Source of the DNA: Minisyncoccota bacterium
GTDB lineage: Bacteria > Patescibacteriota > Minisyncoccia > Minisyncoccales > Minisyncoccaceae
Direction: 5' to 3'
Assembly: GCA_041649435.1 (NCBI GenBank)
Contig: JBAZNB010000003.1
Location: 29,041-93,040, forward strand
DNA: 64,000 nucleotides
The notes under the pieces are model-generated. The model was not told the DNA's origin. It made no database searches and saw only the letters and a list, made by a program, of their open reading frames with translations. Below, in pieces: positions 1-9,239 of the stretch (position 1 is its first letter; each line of letters opens with the position of its first letter). The position numbers and the translations under genes were made by a program.

Positions 1-458
1 ATTAAAAAATCAGAAATTTCCTTAGTTTCACTAAATTTCCAATAATCGCCTATTCCTGAAAAACTATGCAAAATATTTTCTTTTTTATAATGGCTAATAG
101 CCTTTTTTCCAATCGGCATTATCTCGATTTCTCCTTGATTAGAGATTTCTTTTAAAGATCGATCAGCAAATTTTAAAATACTGGAATTAAAAGATCCGCA
201 AAATCCCCGATCAGAAGCAACAACACAAACTAATATTTTTTTAATCGGCTTTTCTTCTAAGTAAGCTGATTTTTTTTCTCGTAAAGCTTTTTCCAGTCTT
301 TTCAACATATTAGCCATATTTTGCACAAAAGATTTTGAATCTAAAAATCTTTTTTGGGTTTTTCTCATTTTCAAAGCAGAAAAAGTTTCCAAAGCGCTGG
401 TAAGCTCGGAAATATTTTTTACTGATCCAATTTTTCCTTTAATCTCCCGAAGATCCAT
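1..458 (-). CDS. atpG: ATP synthase F1 gamma subunit (5' part; runs off window start)
   Basis: Minus-strand translation from ATG at 456-458 gives MDLREIKGKIGSVKNISELTSALETFSALKMRKTQKRF..., the gamma-subunit N-terminal signature. It lies directly downstream of atpA and overlaps its stop. Not in ORF track because it is truncated by the window edge. Confidence 0.75.
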   Translation of the reverse strand, partial: MDLREIKGKIGSVKNISELTSALETFSALKMRKTQKRFLDSKSFVQNMANMLKRLEKALREKKSAYLEEKPIKKILVCVVASDRGFCGSFNSSILKFADRSLKEISNQGEIEIMPIGKKAISHYKKENILHSFSGIGDYWKFSETKEISDFL

Positions 459-1950
459 ATTTTTTCTTAATATTTTTTATCACTTCTAAAATTTTTGCCT
501 GAGCTTCATCTGTAAAATCTTCTTTTTCTCTAATTTCCGTCAAAATACCTTTATGGCTTACTTCTATTTCCCGAAGCAAATCATTTTCAAAGTCCTTGAT
601 TTTATCTAAAGAAATTTCTTCTAAGTTTCCGTTTACCCCGGCAAAAATAACGATTACCTCTTTTTCAAAAGGATAAGGATTAAGATCGTTTTGCCTTAAT
701 ATTTCTCTAATTCTTTTTCCTTTTTCAATAATACTTTTTGTTTGAGGATCAAGCTCTTCAGTAAATTCAGAAAATCTTTCCAATTCTTGGAATTGAGCCA
801 AGTCAAGCTTTAATCGACCAGCCACTTTTTTCATTGGCTTCAATTGAGCAGCTGAACCAACACGACTAACTGAAGTTCCAACATCAATCGCTGGTTTTTG
901 TTCTTTTTTAAACATTGTTGAGTTTAAAAATATTTGCCCATCCGTAATACTAATAACATTAGTAGGAATATATCCACTGATATCTCCGGCTTGAGTTTCA
1001 ATAATCGGCAAAGCTGTTAAAGATCCTCCGCCTTTTTCTTCGGATAATCTTGCTGCTCTTTCCAAAAGACGAGAATGTAAATAAAAAACATCTCCAGGAT
1101 AAGCTTCTCGACCTGGGGGACGTCTTAAAATCAAAGAAATTTCTCTCCAGGCCCAAGCCTGCTTAGTGAGATCATCAAAAACAACCAGAGCATCTTTTTT
1201 ATTATCTCGAAAATATTCACCAATAGTTACTCCAGCAAAAGGCGCTAAATAAACAAAACTAGCCGGATCATCTGGAAAAGCACAAACTATTGTTGTGTAT
1301 TCCATAGCTCCAGACTTTTCTAAAGTAGTAATCAATCTTCTCACTTTACTTTTCTTTTGTCCACAAGCAACATAAATACAATAAGGCCTGTTTTTTTCAT
1401 TTTTTTGATTAATAATAGTATCAAGAGCAACCGCAGTTTTTCCCAATCCCCGATCACCAATAATTAATTCTCTTTGGCCTCGCCCAATCGGAATCAAGGC
1501 ATCTATCATCTTTATGCCAGTGTGGATTGGTTCTCCGACTGGCTTTCTTTCAATTACTGATGGACCTTTTCTTTCTAAAGGAAGGTATTCTGAAGATTCT
1601 ATTTCTCCTTTACCATCAAGGGGGTTGCCCATTGGATCAACTACTCTTCCTAACATTCCTTCACCAACAGGCAAAGAAAATACTTTTCTTGTTCTTTTTA
1701 CAATAGTTCCCTCTTTAATATCTCGATCTGAACCAAGAACTACTGCTCCAGCCTCATATTCTTCCAGGTTTAAAACTAATCCAAAAACATTAGCTTGTTC
1801 AAATTGGATTAATTCAAAATTTTCTACATTTTTTAATCCGGAAATTTTTACTACACCATCTTTTACTTCAATAACTTCGCCAATTTCTTCAGCTTCGGGG
1901 CTAAGCTCTATCCCTTCTAATTGTTTTTTAAATTTTTCAATTATGTCCAT
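439..1950 (-). CDS. atpA: ATP synthase F1 alpha subunit
   Basis: 503 aa; Walker A GDRGLGKT and strong alpha-subunit conservation throughout. Confidence 0.95.
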   Translation of the reverse strand: MDIIEKFKKQLEGIELSPEAEEIGEVIEVKDGVVKISGLKNVENFELIQFEQANVFGLVLNLEEYEAGAVVLGSDRDIKEGTIVKRTRKVFSLPVGEGMLGRVVDPMGNPLDGKGEIESSEYLPLERKGPSVIERKPVGEPIHTGIKMIDALIPIGRGQRELIIGDRGLGKTAVALDTIINQKNEKNRPYCIYVACGQKKSKVRRLITTLEKSGAMEYTTIVCAFPDDPASFVYLAPFAGVTIGEYFRDNKKDALVVFDDLTKQAWAWREISLILRRPPGREAYPGDVFYLHSRLLERAARLSEEKGGGSLTALPIIETQAGDISGYIPTNVISITDGQIFLNSTMFKKEQKPAIDVGTSVSRVGSAAQLKPMKKVAGRLKLDLAQFQELERFSEFTEELDPQTKSIIEKGKRIREILRQNDLNPYPFEKEVIVIFAGVNGNLEEISLDKIKDFENDLLREIEVSHKGILTEIREKEDFTDEAQAKILEVIKNIKKKYGSSGD

Positions 1951-2329
1951 ATAGCTTGTTTTTTAACCCCATTAAAATATCTTTTAAAGAGGCTTTTATA
2001 AGAAAATCTTTTGTTTTTAGACGAAAGCCGGCCAACAATTCAGAATCAACCGAATATTCTATTTCTTTATCTAAACCAATGATTGCTTTTATTTTTTTTT
2101 CTATATTTTTTCTTTCTTTTTCTTCTATATTTTTCGCTAAAACTAATTTTGCTTTTTGTTCAGATTGATAAATTTTTTCAAATTTTTTAATAATCGGCAA
2201 AAGTAATTCTTGTTTTTTAATTAAATTTTTTTTTAAGTTAGTCAAAAAAAATTCTAAATTTTTAGGATTGTCTTTTACGGCAAAAAATAAAGCTTGAGAC
2301 CAAAAAGAAATTTCTTTTTCTTTTTTCAT
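1937..2329 (-). CDS. atpH: ATP synthase delta (OSCP) subunit, short form
   Basis: 130 aa between atpF and atpA. C-terminal ELLAGFRLKTKDFLIKASLKDIL resembles OSCP. Confidence 0.65.
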   Translation of the reverse strand: MKKEKEISFWSQALFFAVKDNPKNLEFFLTNLKKNLIKKQELLLPIIKKFEKIYQSEQKAKLVLAKNIEEKERKNIEKKIKAIIGLDKEIEYSVDSELLAGFRLKTKDFLIKASLKDILMGLKNKLYGHN

Positions 2330-2332
2330 ATT

Positions 2333-2821
2333 TTATAATTTTAACCTGCTTAAAAACTCGTCGGTTATCTTTTTGTTTTTCTCATCGTCGATATTTTGCT
2401 TTAAAAGATTTTCCGCTAAAAAAAAGGCGTTTTCAATTGTTTCTTTTTTTGTTTTTTCTGCTTCTTTGGCCTTTTTTTCTTGGGCTTCTTTCTCGGCTTT
2501 TAACAAAATATTTTGCCTTTCTTTTTCTGCTTCTTCGATTCCCAAGGCGATTCTTTTTTTTGCCTCTTCATTGGCAGAAAAAAGAATTTCCTTTTTTTGA
2601 GATTCGTTATCGGCTTCCATTTTCTGCTTGGTTTCTAAAAGTTTTTTTAATTTTTCTTCAGCCTCAATTGATTTTTCAACTCCTTCTTGTATTTTTTCCC
2701 TTCGTTTTTTAATCATTGCCAAAAACGGCCCATAAACAAAAACTTTCAGCAAAAAAAACAAAATTGCGAAATTTATCAATTGGCCGACAAAAATTTTCCA
2801 ATCAATTTCCAAAGCTTCCAT
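2333..2821 (-). CDS. atpF: ATP synthase F0 subunit b
   Basis: 162 aa with one N-terminal TM helix followed by a long charged coiled-coil (KKRREKIQEGVEKSIEAEEKLKK...). Sits in the expected operon position. Confidence 0.8.
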   Translation of the reverse strand: MEALEIDWKIFVGQLINFAILFFLLKVFVYGPFLAMIKKRREKIQEGVEKSIEAEEKLKKLLETKQKMEADNESQKKEILFSANEEAKKRIALGIEEAEKERQNILLKAEKEAQEKKAKEAEKTKKETIENAFFLAENLLKQNIDDEKNKKITDEFLSRLKL

Positions 2822-2827
2822 ATTTTC

Positions 2828-3058
<231 letters not shown>

Positions 3059-3095
3059 TTATTTAATTGCTTTTTTCAAAAAAGCTTTATTTTTA

Positions 3096-3368
3096 TTATT
3101 TTTTGTTTAAATCCTTATTATTTTTTTCCCGACCTTTTTCCAAAAATGGAATAATTAATTTATATAAACTGACAATTGTTAAAATAATACCAAATAAAAC
3201 AGAAACGAGAATGAAAACAGGGAAACTATCTAATTTCTTATCAAGAAAAACTCCAAAAATCAAACAACCAACCAAAGGCAAAGCAATTAAAAATCCTAAT
3301 TCACTTCCTAAAATAAGCGCTTTGGCAACGCTTGATTTAGTGTTCGACGGTGGCAACGGTAAAGACAT
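3096..3368 (-). CDS. AtpZ/AtpI-like small membrane protein (ATPase_gene1 family-like)
   Basis: 90 aa with two TM helices and GVFLDKKLDSFPVFILVSVLFGII, matching the AtpZ motif G..LD..lg..P.f.l.g.l.G. Overlaps the atpB 3' end by 32 nt. Confidence 0.45.
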   Translation of the reverse strand: MSLPLPPSNTKSSVAKALILGSELGFLIALPLVGCLIFGVFLDKKLDSFPVFILVSVLFGIILTIVSLYKLIIPFLEKGREKNNKDLNKK

Positions 3369-4041
3369 AAAAAACTGTGATTAATGATGAAAAAACCAAT
3401 GCTTGGATAAAAGCAACGAACAATTCTAACCCCAAAAAGGGCAACGGAACAATAAAGGGCAATAAAAATCCAACGATAATTAATAATATCTCTCCAGCAA
3501 AAAGATTTCCAAAAAGACGGACGCCCAAGGAAAATGTTTTTGTAATCTCGCCAATTGCTTCTAAAATTCCTACGAAAAACATAATCGGATCTTTGAAGTT
3601 TATATATTTTTTGATATGCCCCCCAATTCCCAATTTTTTAAGAGCGGAAATATGGATATAGGCCATTGAAAAAAGGGCTAAAGCTAATGTGATATGTAAA
3701 TCCGAGCTGGGAGACCTCATAACAGAAAAAACCCCGACTCCCGGGATTATTTCAACAAGATTAGAAACAAAAATAAAAATAAATAAAGTAGCGGACAAAG
3801 GAAAAACTTCTTCTGTTTTTCTTCGATCCCCTGTCATTCCATCAAATAAATCAAAAATAATTTCTAACACCCATTCAAAAAAATTCTGAATTTTTCCGGG
3901 AATAATAGTTGTCTTTCTGAATGCGAAACAAAAAACAAGAGCAATAAAAATGGCACAAACCACACTCAACAAAAAAGTGTTAGTAATATTAATTCCTAAA
4001 AAATTAAAAACCGCATGGCCGAAAAGAGTGGGCGTTTCCAT
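3337..4041 (-). CDS. atpB: ATP synthase F0 subunit a
   Basis: 234 aa polytopic protein; conserved LGVRLFGNLFAGE motif containing the a-subunit Arg. Confidence 0.9.
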   Translation of the reverse strand: METPTLFGHAVFNFLGINITNTFLLSVVCAIFIALVFCFAFRKTTIIPGKIQNFFEWVLEIIFDLFDGMTGDRRKTEEVFPLSATLFIFIFVSNLVEIIPGVGVFSVMRSPSSDLHITLALALFSMAYIHISALKKLGIGGHIKKYINFKDPIMFFVGILEAIGEITKTFSLGVRLFGNLFAGEILLIIVGFLLPFIVPLPFLGLELFVAFIQALVFSSLITVFYVFTVATVEH

Positions 4042-4113
4042 AAAATCTATTTATATTTATCAAACATTTTTATCCTATATAAAAAACAATTTGAAGTCAA
4101 GAAAGGCACAACC

Positions 4114-4371
4114 CTAAGTTGTGCCTTGAAAATTGTCTATCTGACAATTAGAAATAACAGCCTTATACCCTATCAACATAAAGAACAAGGTATAATTTGA
4201 TAAAGTGCTTTGGTCTAAGGCTTCTTCATCGCTATTAAAAAAGCAATTGGAAAAATAATTGATAATCCTGTCTTCGGGAGTTTCAATTTCTTCTTGTCCA
4301 GTTTCAATTTCTTCTTCCAATCCTTCGCCAAAAAAATTTAAAGATTCTTCTTCAAAAGACACAGTAACCAT
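4114..4371 (-). CDS. hypothetical small acidic protein
   Basis: 85 aa ORF rich in E/D with no recognisable domain. Followed by hairpin ggcacaac-cctaa-gttgtgcc at 4105-4125. Confidence 0.3.
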   Translation of the reverse strand: MVTVSFEEESLNFFGEGLEEEIETGQEEIETPEDRIINYFSNCFFNSDEEALDQSTLSNYTLFFMLIGYKAVISNCQIDNFQGTT

Positions 4372-4416
4372 TTGGCTGCCTCCTTTTACTAATATCAGCT
4401 TATCATAAATAAAATT

Positions 4417-5667
4417 TTAAAACAATTTTTCCAATTCTTCTTTAATTACTTGCCGATCGTCCCAGGGCTCTTTTCGGCCATCTTCAAAGCAAATCCAAGG
4501 CTCACATCCTTTTCCAGTTACAACTACCACATCATCTGGTTCGGCTAATAAAAGCGCTTGGCGAATTGCGTCTCGACGATTTAATATTTTCAAAAGCTTA
4601 TTTTTGTTCTTTACCCCTACCCCAACTTCGTCAATAATATTTTGCGGATTTTCATCATAAGGATCTTCATTGGTTATAATAATATGATCAGCGTATTGAT
4701 CGGCTATTCCGCCTAAAACTGGCCGCTTCCATTTATCTCTTCCCCCCCCGCAAGCGCCTAAAACTACAATTAGTTTTTTATTTTTAGGTTTTACAAATTC
4801 ATAAACTTTTTCTAAAGCAACCGGAATAAAAGCATAATCAACAAAAACCTTAAAAGGATTATCAATTATTTTTTCCATTCTTCCGGCAATTTGAGAAACT
4901 TCGCTTATTCCTTTTTGACAGTCTTCCAAGCTTAAACCTTCGGAAGTGGCAATAGCAATTGCCGCCAAAGCGTTGGAAATATTAAAACTGCATAATATTT
5001 TTAAATTAAAATCGATCTTATTGATTTGAAAATTAGACCCTTGATCAGAAACTGAAATTTTTTCTGCTTTTATTTCTGCTTCAGGGTTGTTTAATCCATA
5101 GGTAATAATTTTTTGCGCTGGAAATTTTAAAAAATATTCCGTATGCTTATCGTCTAAATTAACGATATGCGTTTGCTTAACGCTTTCAAAAAACTTTCCT
5201 TTGGCCTTTTTATAATTTTCAAATCCTCCGTGAGCCTCGATATGCTCTGGATTTAAAGTAGTAATAACCGCTGTTTTAAAATCAATAAATCGGTGGCGGT
5301 TCTGCTCTACCCCTTCGGAAGTAGTTTCAATTATCGCAAAATCACAACCTGCTTTTATTGCTTCGCTTAAAAATTTATTAATAACAAATCTTCCAGGCAT
5401 GGTCATTTTCAGTTTGTTTTCTTTTTCTTCGCTTCCTATTTTAAACATAATGGAAGTAAGTGCAGCAACCTTAAATCCAGCTTTTTCAAAAATCTTGCAA
5501 GCAATGTTAATTACTGTTGATTTTCCATTTGTTCCAGTTACTCCAATAACTTTTATTTTTTTGCCCGGAAAACCGTAAATAACCGCGCCCAAAAAAGCAA
5601 TTATCAAATGATAAAAATTGATAACCTTTTTAGGTAATAATTTTCTAATAAAAGCTTTTATTGTCAT
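4417..5667 (-). CDS. Mur ligase family protein (MurE/MurF-like) with N-terminal TM anchor
   Basis: 416 aa; ATP-binding GVTGTNGKST, C-terminal VDYAF (DYAH-like) motif, N-terminal hydrophobic helix. Confidence 0.65.
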   Translation of the reverse strand: MTIKAFIRKLLPKKVINFYHLIIAFLGAVIYGFPGKKIKVIGVTGTNGKSTVINIACKIFEKAGFKVAALTSIMFKIGSEEKENKLKMTMPGRFVINKFLSEAIKAGCDFAIIETTSEGVEQNRHRFIDFKTAVITTLNPEHIEAHGGFENYKKAKGKFFESVKQTHIVNLDDKHTEYFLKFPAQKIITYGLNNPEAEIKAEKISVSDQGSNFQINKIDFNLKILCSFNISNALAAIAIATSEGLSLEDCQKGISEVSQIAGRMEKIIDNPFKVFVDYAFIPVALEKVYEFVKPKNKKLIVVLGACGGGRDKWKRPVLGGIADQYADHIIITNEDPYDENPQNIIDEVGVGVKNKNKLLKILNRRDAIRQALLLAEPDDVVVVTGKGCEPWICFEDGRKEPWDDRQVIKEELEKLF

Positions 5668-6224
5668 TGGCCTAAATATTTTAAGGCTTGTTTTATTTTT
5701 TCGTTTGGATCTTTAACTTCAGAAGATAAAGACGACAAAGCATCTTTAATTTCTATTTTAGAAAAACCAAGTGTGGCCAAAGCTTCATAAACTTCATCTT
5801 TTGATTTTATTTTTGAATCCTTTTTTTTAATTTCTTCAATTTTTCCAGTAAGTTCTAATAATATTTTTTGAAGCCTTTTTGCTCCCACTCCTTTTGCTTC
5901 TGGAGGCATCCCCTCTTTTTCCAGAGCTTGTTTTAATTTTTCAATTGAACCGAATACCGCTAATTGCAAGGCTGTTTTTGCTCCCACGCCAGAAACATTT
6001 TTTAAAACTCTGAATAATTCCATTTCTTTTTCATTTAAACAACCGTAAAGCTCTAATGATTTTTCTCCAACCAAAAGAAAAGTATGAAGATGTGCTTCAT
6101 CTCCTTCGTTTAATTTTTCTAAATTAGAAAAAGCTAAAAAAACCTCAAAACCAATTCCCCCTCTTTCTAAGATGACTTTTTTGTCGTCCTTATAAATAAT
6201 TTTTCCAGCTAAAAAACTAATCAT
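5664..6224 (-). CDS. ruvA: Holliday junction DNA helicase RuvA
   Basis: 186 aa; MISFLAGKIIYKDDKKVILERGGIGFEV OB-fold start, central HhH region, C-terminal domain III. Confidence 0.85.
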   Translation of the reverse strand: MISFLAGKIIYKDDKKVILERGGIGFEVFLAFSNLEKLNEGDEAHLHTFLLVGEKSLELYGCLNEKEMELFRVLKNVSGVGAKTALQLAVFGSIEKLKQALEKEGMPPEAKGVGAKRLQKILLELTGKIEEIKKKDSKIKSKDEVYEALATLGFSKIEIKDALSSLSSEVKDPNEKIKQALKYLGQ

Positions 6225-6331
6225 TGCTATTAATTATATAACAAAAAACTATAAAAAACAAAGGATTTAAAATAAGGTGGAATGTGTTTGGGGGTTGCCT
6301 AAATTTAAAAAGTATTGTATATAATCTCTAT

Positions 6332-6604
6332 ATGCCTATAACAAAATCAGCCCAAAAACAACTTCGCCAAAGTTTTGTAAAAAAAGAACAAAACGATGCG
6401 AAAAAAACAGAAATGAAAAAGCTTTTAAAGCAGGCCCTCGCCTTAATTGAAAGCAAAAACAGCGAAGAATTGGAAAAAATTCTGCCCAAAGTATTTAAAG
6501 CAATAGACAAAGCTTGCAAAATAGGAATTATTAAAAAAAACAATGCTAGTCGAAAAAAATCAAGAATTGGCAGAAATGCTTCCCTTTTGAAAAAATCCGC
6601 TTAA
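6332..6604 (+). CDS. rpsT: 30S ribosomal protein S20
   Basis: MPITKSAQKQLRQS... is the typical S20 start and the protein is basic. The ORF-track start at 6284 is probably an upstream extension. Confidence 0.85.
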   Translation: MPITKSAQKQLRQSFVKKEQNDAKKTEMKKLLKQALALIESKNSEELEKILPKVFKAIDKACKIGIIKKNNASRKKSRIGRNASLLKKSA

Positions 6605-6609
6605 AATCA

Positions 6610-6634
6610 AAACCGCCCCTTCTGGGCGGTTTTA
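6610..6634. terminator. bidirectional rho-independent terminator (rpsT / holA)
   Basis: accgccc-cttct-gggcggt hairpin flanked by A-run and T-run. Confidence 0.6.
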
Positions 6635-6639
6635 AAATT

Positions 6640-7590
6640 TTAAATTTCTAAAATTAATAAGTCTAAAGCGGTTTCCGGAAAAATTTTTCCAACTTTCATG
6701 TCCGCGTCCAAATCAATTATTTTTTGATAAATTTTTTTTAGTTCATCTAAAGAAAAATTTTTAGCTTGATTGGCTGATTTTCTAAAAACAAAAGGGCTAA
6801 TTCCGCTTCCGCCGAACCCTTGGCTAGAGGTTTTGGCAATAATAATATTTTTAATTTGCCAAGCAATCATAGAAAACAAATAAGGCACCTCAGCTCCTTG
6901 TTTTAAATGCTCTTTTAATAAATTGATTGCTTTCTTTTTATTTTTATTGGCAATGGCATCAATGGCTTCAAAAATATTCAACTCCAAATCAGGAATAATT
7001 AATTTTTTTATTTCTACAGAAGTAATCTCTTTCTTTTTGTTGGCCAAAACATAATGGGCTAATTTTTTAATTTCATTACTTAGTGCCCATAAATCATTTC
7101 CCAAATAATCAATTAATTCTTCTTTTGCGGAGTCGGAAATTTCTACCTTGTTTTCCTCTACTTCTTTTTGAGCCCAATTTTTGATTTTTGGTAAAGGAAG
7201 AAAATCAAAATTTTCAAGTTTAGCCTGGATTTCTTTTAAATAATTTAAAAATTTATCTTTGGCTAAAATTTCTTTAGATTCGTAAAAAACCAAAACATTT
7301 TCATCTTCTGAAAATTTCTTGCCTTGAGTTAAAAAAGCTTCTTTAAATTTTACGCTTTCAAAAACATTATCAATAATAATTAATTTTTTTTCTTTAAACA
7401 TTGAAACCTCAAACATTTCTTTTTTTAAATCCTCAAAATCAATAGCCCTTGCCTCAAAACGCCTTAGATTTAATCCGCTGGAATGTTTTTGTTTATGAAG
7501 AGAAATAAAATCAGCCAAGCGCCGAGATGATTGATAAGAGTCTTTTCCAAAAATTAAAATTATCATTTTTTTGTTTGGCACTTTGGGCAA
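6640..7590 (-). CDS. holA: DNA polymerase III delta subunit
   Basis: 316 aa; N-terminal MIILIFGKDSY pattern and length/architecture typical of HolA. Confidence 0.6.
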   Translation of the reverse strand: MPKVPNKKMIILIFGKDSYQSSRRLADFISLHKQKHSSGLNLRRFEARAIDFEDLKKEMFEVSMFKEKKLIIIDNVFESVKFKEAFLTQGKKFSEDENVLVFYESKEILAKDKFLNYLKEIQAKLENFDFLPLPKIKNWAQKEVEENKVEISDSAKEELIDYLGNDLWALSNEIKKLAHYVLANKKKEITSVEIKKLIIPDLELNIFEAIDAIANKNKKKAINLLKEHLKQGAEVPYLFSMIAWQIKNIIIAKTSSQGFGGSGISPFVFRKSANQAKNFSLDELKKIYQKIIDLDADMKVGKIFPETALDLLILEI

Positions 7591-8441
7591 AAAAACGTGC
7601 TTCGGGCGCCGATTGTTATTTTACTAATAGTTTCTCTGCAAACCAAACACTTTTTCCCATTTCTTCCATAAACTTTATATTTTTTTTGATAATTTCCTTT
7701 TTCTCCAAAGATATTGCGATAGTCGGAAATACTTGATCCGCCTTGCCTTATCCCTATTTTTAAAACCTTTTTAATTGCTTGGTATATTTTTTTTAAATCA
7801 TTTTGTGTTAAATTTTCTATTCTTGTTTCGGGATGGATTTTAGCAATAAATAATATTTCACTGGCATAAATATTGCCAATACCAGCAATAAAGGACTGGT
7901 CCATTAAAACTCTTTTTATGTTTCCATTTTTTTTATAAAAAAGATCTTGAAATTTTTTAAAAGTAAAATTAGGATCCAATGGTTCTGGGCCAATTGTTAA
8001 ATATTCTTTTGAATTTAAAAAATCTTTTTTGTTCCACAATTCAATTTTGGCGAATTTTCTTAAATCAGACAAGGCGATCTGGGTATCATTATCTAAAAAA
8101 AAGATGACATGTAAAAATCGATTCATGGGGTCAGTTAGCAGACTCCCCTTTTCTTCGGAAGTCCATTTTTTATTTTCAAGCTTCCATTTTCCTGTTAATA
8201 AATGCCCGGTCATTTTCAAATGAATTAATAAAATATATTCTTGGTCTAAAAAAAATAAAATATTTTTTGCCCTTCTTTGAATTTTTATTATTTTTCTTTT
8301 AATAATCTTTTTTTTAAAATCAGAAAAAGATATTTTTTTAATTAATTTGGGCGAATCTGTCCAAATATCAAGAAAAGTCCTTTTGAGGACTTTTTTTAAT
8401 AAACCATTAACTGTTGTTTCTACTTCCGGTAGTTCCGGCAT
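7563..8441 (-). CDS. mutM: formamidopyrimidine-DNA glycosylase (Fpg/Nei family)
   Basis: N-terminal MPELPEVE catalytic Pro2/Glu3; H2TH region; C-terminal zinc finger CLVC...CPKCQ. Confidence 0.85.
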   Translation of the reverse strand: MPELPEVETTVNGLLKKVLKRTFLDIWTDSPKLIKKISFSDFKKKIIKRKIIKIQRRAKNILFFLDQEYILLIHLKMTGHLLTGKWKLENKKWTSEEKGSLLTDPMNRFLHVIFFLDNDTQIALSDLRKFAKIELWNKKDFLNSKEYLTIGPEPLDPNFTFKKFQDLFYKKNGNIKRVLMDQSFIAGIGNIYASEILFIAKIHPETRIENLTQNDLKKIYQAIKKVLKIGIRQGGSSISDYRNIFGEKGNYQKKYKVYGRNGKKCLVCRETISKITIGARSTFFCPKCQTKK

Positions 8442-8443
8442 AT

Positions 8444-8812
8444 TTATCCCAAGATTGATTTTAATTTATTTACTATTTCTTGTGGGGTGAAATGCGCTTT
8501 TACTAAAAAGTCTTCTGCGCCAAGCTTTAATCCTTTTTCAATGTCTTCGCTTTGGCCTAAATTAGAAAGAATAATAACTGGAATTTTAGCTGTCGCTGGA
8601 TTTTTTTTAGCATTTTCTAAAACTTCAAACCCGTTAATCCCAGGTAAAATTAAATCTAAAAGAACAACGTCTGGCATTTCTGATTTTATTTTTTCCAAGC
8701 CCTCTTCCCCATCAACGGCAACAGCTACGTCAAATTGTAAGCTTAAAAGCTTACGACTCATTAATTCTCTTAAAAATCTATCGTCTTCAATGATTAATAT
8801 TTTTTTGGGCAT
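8444..8812 (-). CDS. single-domain response regulator (REC only)
   Basis: 122 aa CheY-like: ILIIEDD, phospho-acceptor context VVLLDLILPG, and KxxK region. Confidence 0.75.
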   Translation of the reverse strand: MPKKILIIEDDRFLRELMSRKLLSLQFDVAVAVDGEEGLEKIKSEMPDVVLLDLILPGINGFEVLENAKKNPATAKIPVIILSNLGQSEDIEKGLKLGAEDFLVKAHFTPQEIVNKLKSILG

Positions 8813-8828
8813 ATTTTTGACGTCTAAT

Positions 8829-9203
8829 TTAATTGATTAGTTCCTTTTCTATTTTTTTTACTTTATCTAAAACATCTTTGGTGCTGAATTCTGTTTTAAT
8901 TATCCAGTCTTTTACTCCCATTTCTTTTGCCTTGCTTATTTCCACAGGCTGTCCGGAATTGCTAACAATAATAATCGGGATATCCTTAAGATTTTCATCT
9001 TTTTTCATTTCTTTGATTACCTCAAAACCGCTTTTTCTTGGCATAATAATGTCTAAAAGAATTAATTGGGGAAGATTGTTTTTCATTAATTCTAAACCTT
9101 CCTGGCCGTCACAAGCAGCCAACATTTCGTATCCAGCGCTGGTTAATTTTTTAACCAATAATTCTCGAAGCAATTTATCGTCTTCAATCAGCAATATTTT
9201 CAT
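8829..9203 (-). CDS. single-domain response regulator (REC only)
   Basis: 124 aa CheY-like: ILLIEDD ... LILLDIIMP. Confidence 0.75.
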   Translation of the reverse strand: MKILLIEDDKLLRELLVKKLTSAGYEMLAACDGQEGLELMKNNLPQLILLDIIMPRKSGFEVIKEMKKDENLKDIPIIIVSNSGQPVEISKAKEMGVKDWIIKTEFSTKDVLDKVKKIEKELIN

Positions 9204-9239
9204 ACCATTATTATTATTTTATAATTATCTCATAATTTG

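Noticed and set aside
1514-1954. 146-aa plus-strand ORF inside atpA, and many similar antisense ORFs (e.g. 2373-2712, 3377-3889, 8487-9354, 13986-14435, 56009-57641)
   Set aside because: They lie antisense to well-supported conserved genes and have low-complexity S/F/L-rich translations typical of shadow ORFs in AT-rich DNA.
4101-4130. Hairpin ggcacaac-cctaa-gttgtgcc upstream of the atp operon as a terminator
   Set aside because: The stem is good, but the downstream T-tract on the relevant (minus) strand is weak (ctttcttg). It could equally be an atp leader structure, so it is not listed as a feature.
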